The notes under the pieces are model-generated. The model saw nothing but the letters and a program-made list of their open reading frames with translations. It was not told the origin of the DNA and searched no databases. A stretch of DNA of 32,000 nt from Candidatus Hermodarchaeota archaeon. GTDB lineage: Archaea > Asgardarchaeota > Heimdallarchaeia > Hodarchaeales > Hodarchaeaceae. The stretch covers positions 180,001 to 212,000 of the forward strand of contig JBHLKY010000004.1 in assembly GCA_048886185.1 (NCBI GenBank), given 5' to 3'. Below, in pieces: positions 26,058 through 32,000 of the stretch; positions within the stretch are counted from its first letter, which is position 1; every line of letters begins with the position of its first letter. A program made the translations under genes and the position numbers.

Positions 26058-27329
26058 TCACGCTCTCTTTAGGATGAAATTGCTAATGGATGTGCCTGTT
26101 CCTGCATGAGAATTGACTAAACCAACTTCAGCATCTTTGACTTCATTTTCTGTTGATCTGTGTTCCCTTGGAATCAAACCTCCAAGTTGATAATAACACT
26201 CAATGGTAGACATCAATCCAGTTGCACCAACTGGATGGCCATATCCAATAAGTCCACCACCAGGATTTGTAGGAATTTCGCCTTCCATCATAGGCATTCT
26301 ATCCTGAATGAATTGTTTGGGAGTAACTGACTCACACCATCCAAGAGCATTATATATTTGGAATTCAGAGGTTGAAAATGCATCATGGACTTCTGCTACA
26401 TCCAAGTACTTATAGGAATCCTTCCATTCAATTCCAGCCATTTTGAATGCGATTTCTGCGGAATGACGACATGCAGCAAACTCGCCTAACCCAGGATAGC
26501 CCTCTCCATATCTTTCTGTCCATCCTGGAAACGCATAACGATCACCTGCACGAATAGTACAAGAGGATAATCCAGCACCAGTAATCTCGACGTAGTGATC
26601 TGGTGAATATTGTTTAGCGAACTGTTCGTTACACACCAAGACCGTAGCAGCTCCCTCAGACATGAAACAACAATCCCACTTCTTTAATGGATATGAAATT
26701 AGTCGACTATTCATGACATCATCCACAGTCATTTTTTTCTCTCCAAGTTTCCTGAAATGTTGTGCCTTTTCACCAGTCGCTGCGGCGTTATTCTTATTTT
26801 TAACCGCTATTTCAGCAAAATCCTCTTCTGTCAGTCCATACTTTTCCATAAATACTCTTGCTAGCCCTGCATAGTAATTTGTATAGTTTGCTCCGAGCAT
26901 TGCTTCATACCTAGTATCTGACGCAATCGCTATGAATTCTGATCCTTTGCTCTGTGAAACTGATCCCATTAATTCATACCCAATTACAGGAACAATGTCT
27001 GCAAGTCCCGCTCGTACGAGAGCATAAGCTGCATACAGAGCTGATCCACCAGTATTACCCCCATTATCAATCCGAAAATGAGGAACTCCAACTAGGCCCA
27101 GATGGTCATGCAATATCCAATAGCTAGTAAGTTGGTGGGCAAAATGCACACTGAAATGACTGTAAACCACCATTCCGTGTTCCCTTACATCTTTCAGATG
27201 AAATTCAGGAACATCAGTATATAATTGACGTATACAATTCGCTACCATCTCTTCGATTTGGAGATTTAAGGGGTAATCGAAGGGTGTGGTAGTCCCTCCT
27301 GCGATATACACCTTTTGTTGTTCTGGCAT
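26058..27329 (-). CDS. Thiolase-fold protein of the SCP2/Ltp type, lacking the nucleophilic Cys
   Basis: IAVKN..NA, CCFMSEGAA, EVHDAF, NPGGGLIGYGHPVGATG. The usual E-x-x-C-A-S-G-G segment reads D-N-G-G-N-T-G-G. Confidence 0.9.
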   Translation of the reverse strand: MPEQQKVYIAGGTTTPFDYPLNLQIEEMVANCIRQLYTDVPEFHLKDVREHGMVVYSHFSVHFAHQLTSYWILHDHLGLVGVPHFRIDNGGNTGGSALYAAYALVRAGLADIVPVIGYELMGSVSQSKGSEFIAIASDTRYEAMLGANYTNYYAGLARVFMEKYGLTEEDFAEIAVKNKNNAAATGEKAQHFRKLGEKKMTVDDVMNSRLISYPLKKWDCCFMSEGAATVLVCNEQFAKQYSPDHYVEITGAGLSSCTIRAGDRYAFPGWTERYGEGYPGLGEFAACRHSAEIAFKMAGIEWKDSYKYLDVAEVHDAFSTSEFQIYNALGWCESVTPKQFIQDRMPMMEGEIPTNPGGGLIGYGHPVGATGLMSTIECYYQLGGLIPREHRSTENEVKDAEVGLVNSHAGTGTSISNFILKRA

Positions 27330-27610
27330 GACTTATTCACTTATTTTTATTTAACTGAATTTTTCATAGGTTATATTAAAGTCATAAATCAAAAAATTTC
27401 CACCTGCCTTAAAGCTCTTCTATTTAAAAAATCCTCCTTATGTGGCATTAATCTTTCAAGATATATTTATAATGTGATTAAATTGAAAGAAAGCACACAT
27501 GTCTTATTTAATTGATGAAGCTATTAAAGTATCCAAAAACAGGATATGTCGTACTAATAATCTAGTTATTAGATGAAGTTATAACAGGACTAATTGTTGT
27601 AGAGATTGAA

Positions 27611-29149
27611 ATGCAATACATCTTAGCTATAGATAGTGGATCTACTGGGATAAAAGCTGTCCTAGTTAATAAAAAAGGAGAGATTATTGCCCGTGAGTAT
27701 GAGCAAATAACACATCTCCGTCCAAAAGTAGGGTGGATTGAACATGATCCTATCGATCTTTGGCAATCATTGTTAACTGTTGTCAATCGTCTTTTTCAAG
27801 TTTCTAATCTATCTCCAGAAGATATTGCGGCAATTGGTATCACTAATCAGCGAGCAAGCTTCACAATGTGGGAAAAAGATACTGGTAAACCAGTAATTAA
27901 CTTTATTAACTGGGCCGATGTTCGTGCAGCAGATACATGTAAATTAATGAATAATAATAAAAAGTGGCGCCTCTTAAAGAAAATCTCTTGGATTCTTAGT
28001 AAAATCACGCGGAATACCATGCTCACTGCAACTTCAATGCTTGATTTTACCACAGATCATGTCACAGTACGCTTATGTTGGGTATTAGACAATATCGAAG
28101 ACCTATATGAGAGATGTAAGAGGGGAGAAATAGCATTTGGCACAATAGATACTTGGTTCATTTACAAGTTAACAGGAGGAAAAATCCACGCTTCTGATTA
28201 TAGTAATGCAGCAACAGGGCTCTTAAATCCTTTTCAATTGAAATGGAATAAAATCATCTTAAAAATCTTCAAAATTCCAGAGAAAATTCTTCCTAACCTT
28301 AAAGATTCAATTGGTGATTACGGAACCACGGATTTTTCCTTATTTCAGGGAGCTGAGATTCCAATTCGTGCTGCTTGTGGTGATCAACAAGCTTCGCTTT
28401 TTGGTCAATGTTGTTTTCATTCTGGAGATGTTAAGATTTCTCAAGGTTCAGGAAGTTTTGTTGATATGAATGTGGGAGAAAAAGGAAAACTTTCAAAGCG
28501 AGGATTATTTCCTCTTATTGCTTGGGTGATTAACGGGAATCCAACATATATGCTTGAAGGATTTGTAGCTACGGCTGGAACTCTTATTGATTGGCTTGAT
28601 CAAGGTATAGGTTTAAGTGATACACCTCAAGTGTTGAATGAATATGCTTCTCAATGTTCTGATACAGAAGGAGTGATCTTTATTCCAACTCCATCAGGCA
28701 TTCGCTTCCCCTACTTCTCTCCAAACGCGCGAGGTGCAATTTTAGGATTATCTTTGAATACACACCGTAAACATGTAGCTCGTGCAGTATTTGAAGGAAT
28801 CTCTCTTCGACTTGTTGATATACTTGAAGGACTAGAACAAGATACAAAGATTCCGATTCGTTCAATTAAAACTGACGGTGGAGTGTCCAAATCAGACATT
28901 TTATTGCAGTGTCTTGCTGATTTTGCAAACTTAGAAGTCAAACGTTCTCCAGAACTAGATATGACTGCAACTGGTATTGCGTTTTTAGCAGGACTAAGTG
29001 TTTCTTACTGGCAAGACATTGATGAATTACAGCAAATTTATGCTAGTCTGAAACCTACAATATTTCGGCCTCAAATGGATTCTAGTATTCGTCAAGCTAA
29101 GATTTATAGTTGGAAACAAGCTTTAAAGGTAATTTTAACCGTTAAATGA
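27611..29149 (+). CDS. FGGY-family glycerol kinase, GK5-like
   Basis: LAIDSGST, ITNQRASF, WADVRA, FGTIDTW, GDQQASLFGQCC, KTDGG, plus the extra segment found in GK5. Confidence 0.88.
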   Translation: MQYILAIDSGSTGIKAVLVNKKGEIIAREYEQITHLRPKVGWIEHDPIDLWQSLLTVVNRLFQVSNLSPEDIAAIGITNQRASFTMWEKDTGKPVINFINWADVRAADTCKLMNNNKKWRLLKKISWILSKITRNTMLTATSMLDFTTDHVTVRLCWVLDNIEDLYERCKRGEIAFGTIDTWFIYKLTGGKIHASDYSNAATGLLNPFQLKWNKIILKIFKIPEKILPNLKDSIGDYGTTDFSLFQGAEIPIRAACGDQQASLFGQCCFHSGDVKISQGSGSFVDMNVGEKGKLSKRGLFPLIAWVINGNPTYMLEGFVATAGTLIDWLDQGIGLSDTPQVLNEYASQCSDTEGVIFIPTPSGIRFPYFSPNARGAILGLSLNTHRKHVARAVFEGISLRLVDILEGLEQDTKIPIRSIKTDGGVSKSDILLQCLADFANLEVKRSPELDMTATGIAFLAGLSVSYWQDIDELQQIYASLKPTIFRPQMDSSIRQAKIYSWKQALKVILTVK

Positions 29150-29155
29150 ATAATA

Positions 29156-31468
29156 ATGACTTCCAATTCTCTTAATGAACTAACACAGATCCTACCTTAC
29201 TTCATATCATCTGTACAAGAATCTATACTTGATCAAATTATCAGAATAGGCCGACGACAGCTCACAGATTTAGATGGGAAAAAATACCAAGCTGGAACTC
29301 ATCATGTTTTGGAAAGATTTTTCAACCAAACAAAAAAGCCTCTAGGTCCTTCCTCTATTAAAAAGGTGAGAAGTAAAGTTGTATTGTATTCAACTTTAAA
29401 TTATTTAGCCAAGTTAATTCTTTCTAAATATATGAAAATTAATGAAAAATCATCTAAATATAAGTTAAATCTTCCAAATACAGATTTTGATTATTTTTAT
29501 CCCTCTAAAAAAGTGAAAACAGATATCTCTGGTACTCTTACGAAGTATAATATTAAGAAACTGAATATTTATCAAATTGGAATCTTATATCAGGAAATTC
29601 TAAAATTATGTCAACTTCAACAAACTCTAGGAGCATTTTATACTCCTAAAGAAACAGTAGATTATATGGTATCAAAGCTTGATCTTTCATCTAATCCAAT
29701 TATTATTGATCCTGCCTGCGGAAATGGACAATTTCTAGAAGGTTGCATAAGCGAAGTCAAAAGAAGCCTGAGAAATGAGGGTTACTCAGACTTAGATGCA
29801 ACAAAGAAAGCTATCTCTCATATTTGGGGAATTGATGTTGATCCTTTTGCGGTACTTCTTTCTACTCTTAGAATATTTTTCTTAAGCGGCGAATATTATG
29901 TGCAATGGAAATCTAACGTGTTCAATTTTGATACTCTTGACTTGAAGAACTGGATTCACTTTTTAAATGGTCAAAACTTCGATTGTATCATAGGGAATCC
30001 TCCCTACGGAAGAAAATCTCCATCATATCTTAAAAATATATACAAACAAATATATCATGACCTTGCCAGCGTTTATGGTTACAAATTGGGGGCAAACGAT
30101 CTCTACACGTTATTTTTGGCCAATGCAATTCATAACGTAAAGAATAATGGAACTATTTGTTTTATTCTTAGTGATACTTTTCTTTCCTTGAAATCGCATA
30201 CGATTCTCAGACGTTTGATTTTAGATACTTGTAAGATCAATGAAATATTGCTTGCTCCCATTGACCTATTTAGGCCGATGACGACATCACGAACCTGTAT
30301 TATAACTTTAACCAAACGATTGTGTGAGAAAGGATACAGTGTTTCATCAAGAGAAAATAACCAACAGAATAAAAGTCACTGTGATTGCGATAGTTGTAGT
30401 AATCGTAAAACTAATAAAATAAAATTAATCGATCGGCTGAAAACTCAAAATGAGTATTTTAAACCTCCAAAAAAGAAGGTAAAATTTATTAATCAAGAAG
30501 AATATGAATGGGTAAAGGGTACTCCCTTTTGGGTAAATGTTGATTTAAACTTCATTCAAATAATGCGATTGTGTAATTCTATAAACCCTAATAATGTTAA
30601 GAATGGATGGAAATATGAAGAATTAAGGGAGCACATTATTGGAGGTGAGGGATTATCCACTGGTGACAATTATGGACATCTTGTTATTATAAAAGGATCA
30701 AAACTTTGGGAGGACTTACATAACCGTGGTAGTATTAAGCTTGACAAATATCGGATTTTGGGCAAGGATAAAATTATTGATTTGTCCATTGTAAATAAAG
30801 AGATACTAGAACATTATAGGTTAAATGGTATTAACGGAGATAAATTTCTTGTGCCCTTTGAAAGAGGATCATATTATCCATATTGGGGGTCTGAAGGATG
30901 GTATATCGATTGGAGTCCTGATTCAGTAAAGCTAATAAAAACTCGTGCACGAGATTCAAAAGGAAGACAGTCTGTTTTTAGAAATCCTGATCTTTATTTT
31001 AGAAGGGGAATCACAACTAATGCCCACCACGGGGTAATAAAAGCAACTCTGGTTGAATATGCAATTGTAGCTGGGAATAGCAATTTATTTTATGGTTCAA
31101 CATTAGAAACAGAGTTTGTTTTGGGTTATTTAAATTCTAAACTAGCAAGTTACTTTTTAGGAAAAATAATTAATACCACTCTTGGTGGTATGAGTGGTCA
31201 TGCTACTCCAGAGGATTTTAAGCGTCTACCAGTTCGTATACCTGAGAAAGAGGATATGAGTAATTTTTTCAATCAATTAAAGAATCAAGTAATTGAAAAG
31301 GTGAAAGAAATCATAAATTTATTAAAAAAACAGCCTAAAGCAGATTTTTCTAAAAAGCAAGAGGAAATAGATGAATTAATTTTTGATTGGTTTGACCTTG
31401 ACGAAACTGAAAAAAACGACGTAAATAATTATTTAAATCAATCAAATTACGAGAAAAAGCACTATTAA
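29156..31468 (+). CDS. N6-adenine DNA methyltransferase, Eco57I/TaqI/PglX-like architecture, no nuclease domain recognised
   Basis: GAFYTP, motif I IIDPACGNGQF, GIDVD, motif IV GNPPY, DLYTLF; C-terminal target-recognition region GLSTGDN...FERG...WYIDW...RN.DLYFRRGIT. Confidence 0.9.
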   Translation: MTSNSLNELTQILPYFISSVQESILDQIIRIGRRQLTDLDGKKYQAGTHHVLERFFNQTKKPLGPSSIKKVRSKVVLYSTLNYLAKLILSKYMKINEKSSKYKLNLPNTDFDYFYPSKKVKTDISGTLTKYNIKKLNIYQIGILYQEILKLCQLQQTLGAFYTPKETVDYMVSKLDLSSNPIIIDPACGNGQFLEGCISEVKRSLRNEGYSDLDATKKAISHIWGIDVDPFAVLLSTLRIFFLSGEYYVQWKSNVFNFDTLDLKNWIHFLNGQNFDCIIGNPPYGRKSPSYLKNIYKQIYHDLASVYGYKLGANDLYTLFLANAIHNVKNNGTICFILSDTFLSLKSHTILRRLILDTCKINEILLAPIDLFRPMTTSRTCIITLTKRLCEKGYSVSSRENNQQNKSHCDCDSCSNRKTNKIKLIDRLKTQNEYFKPPKKKVKFINQEEYEWVKGTPFWVNVDLNFIQIMRLCNSINPNNVKNGWKYEELREHIIGGEGLSTGDNYGHLVIIKGSKLWEDLHNRGSIKLDKYRILGKDKIIDLSIVNKEILEHYRLNGINGDKFLVPFERGSYYPYWGSEGWYIDWSPDSVKLIKTRARDSKGRQSVFRNPDLYFRRGITTNAHHGVIKATLVEYAIVAGNSNLFYGSTLETEFVLGYLNSKLASYFLGKIINTTLGGMSGHATPEDFKRLPVRIPEKEDMSNFFNQLKNQVIEKVKEIINLLKKQPKADFSKKQEEIDELIFDWFDLDETEKNDVNNYLNQSNYEKKHY

Positions 31469-31520
31469 AGCGATCTATTTTATACCAGAAATTTTCAATT
31501 AACCTAGTCTTGGGAAAGAA

Positions 31521-32000
31521 ATGGTTATGGAAGTAAAAACACGGATTAAGGATTATATGGACTTATTTCGGTTTTCACTTGGCATCTTAAGTTCCATTAC
31601 GGTCTTGGTTGCAGGTTTTATCATCTTTGTGTTAAGAGGTGAGGAGCCAGATTTTATTATATTTTTATTTAACAATGGAGTAATTAATATCCAGGGAATA
31701 AGCTTAGGATTACTTGCTACATTACTCCTTGCGTCAGCTATTGAAGCTATCAATGATGTTTTTGATGTAGAAACAGACATAGCAAATAAAAGATTTGACC
31801 GTCCAATAGCTCGTGGTGCCTTTTCTAGAAATTTTGTATTAGGTTTGTGTATTGTACTCTTTTCCCTTTCAATCTTTCTCTCCATGACTCTAGTATTATT
31901 CTTTAACGTTACAGTGTTCTTAGTATTCGCTACCATATTTTGTGTGATCATAGGGATTGGATATAACTATATTAAAAAATATGGATTGTTTGGTAACATG
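31521..32000 (+). CDS. UbiA-family prenyltransferase, probably digeranylgeranylglyceryl phosphate synthase; 3' end outside the window
   Basis: Hand translation of the + strand (absent from the ORF track): MVMEVKTRIKDYMDLFR...INDVFDVETDIANKRFDRPIARG...YNYIKKYGLFGNM. Contains the Asp-rich NDxxDxxxD and RP..G motifs. Confidence 0.88.
   Translation, partial: MVMEVKTRIKDYMDLFRFSLGILSSITVLVAGFIIFVLRGEEPDFIIFLFNNGVINIQGISLGLLATLLLASAIEAINDVFDVETDIANKRFDRPIARGAFSRNFVLGLCIVLFSLSIFLSMTLVLFFNVTVFLVFATIFCVIIGIGYNYIKKYGLFGNM

Noticed and set aside
27315-27786. Short ORFs 27315-27515 and 27562-27786 around the thiolase/kinase divergent promoter
   Set aside because: AT-rich intergenic or antisense sequence with no protein-like features.
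5872-29149. Genome-wide reassignment of TGA to an amino acid
   Set aside because: TGA ends oppB, the MinD/ParA gene, the S9 peptidase, the transporter, the thiolase and the glycerol kinase at their expected family C-termini.
73-30315. Remaining short ORFs nested in or antisense to long genes (e.g. 73, 102, 2840, 5094, 7493, 8756, 8826, 8944, 9563, 10711, 12487, 15477, 15941, 16864, 18064, 18715, 18896, 21873, 23736, 23790, 24453, 25436, 26662, 27847, 28680, 28711, 30130)
   Set aside because: They overlap well-supported CDSs and show no recognisable motif or ribosome-binding site.
29156-31468. BREX or complete restriction-modification system
   Set aside because: Only the methylase is present; flanking genes are metabolic.
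31553-31951. 132-aa minus-strand ORF in the track
   Set aside because: Antisense shadow of the + strand UbiA gene, which carries the diagnostic Asp-rich motif.
1-32000. CRISPR array, rRNA/tRNA genes, IS elements
   Set aside because: No regularly spaced repeats, cloverleaf or rRNA signatures, transposase motifs or terminal inverted repeats were seen by eye; a tRNAscan/Infernal run was not possible.

Overview
AT-rich archaeal chromosomal window, most likely from an Asgard (Heimdallarchaeia/Hodarchaeales-like) genome. This is an inference from GGTG-type ribosome-binding sites, T-tract terminators, PGF-CTERM-like anchors, a DGGGP synthase-like UbiA gene, a roadblock protein and an Arf-like GTPase. 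Contents in order: a split, divergently arranged Opp/Dpp peptide ABC transporter locus with an unusual OppC and a circularly permuted, C-terminally anchored binding protein; two alpha/beta hydrolases; an endonuclease V homolog with all four catalytic positions changed; a small pseudogene with three clustered in-frame stops; a 7Fe-type ferredoxin; a polytopic membrane protein / MinD-ParA ATPase / RHH-RHH-wHTH cluster; a surface glycoprotein; an S9 peptidase; a YkgJ-type Cys-cluster protein missed by the ORF track; an Arf-like GTPase interrupted by an in-frame TGA in its G5 motif, divergent from an ArsB/NhaD-type transporter coupled to a roadblock-coiled-coil protein; an acetoacetate-CoA ligase / DUF35 / Cys-less thiolase operon; a GK5-like glycerol kinase; an orphan N6-adenine DNA methyltransferase; and the 5' part of a UbiA prenyltransferase. 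No rRNA, tRNA, CRISPR array or transposase was recognised. All family calls come from motifs read by eye; no searches were run.
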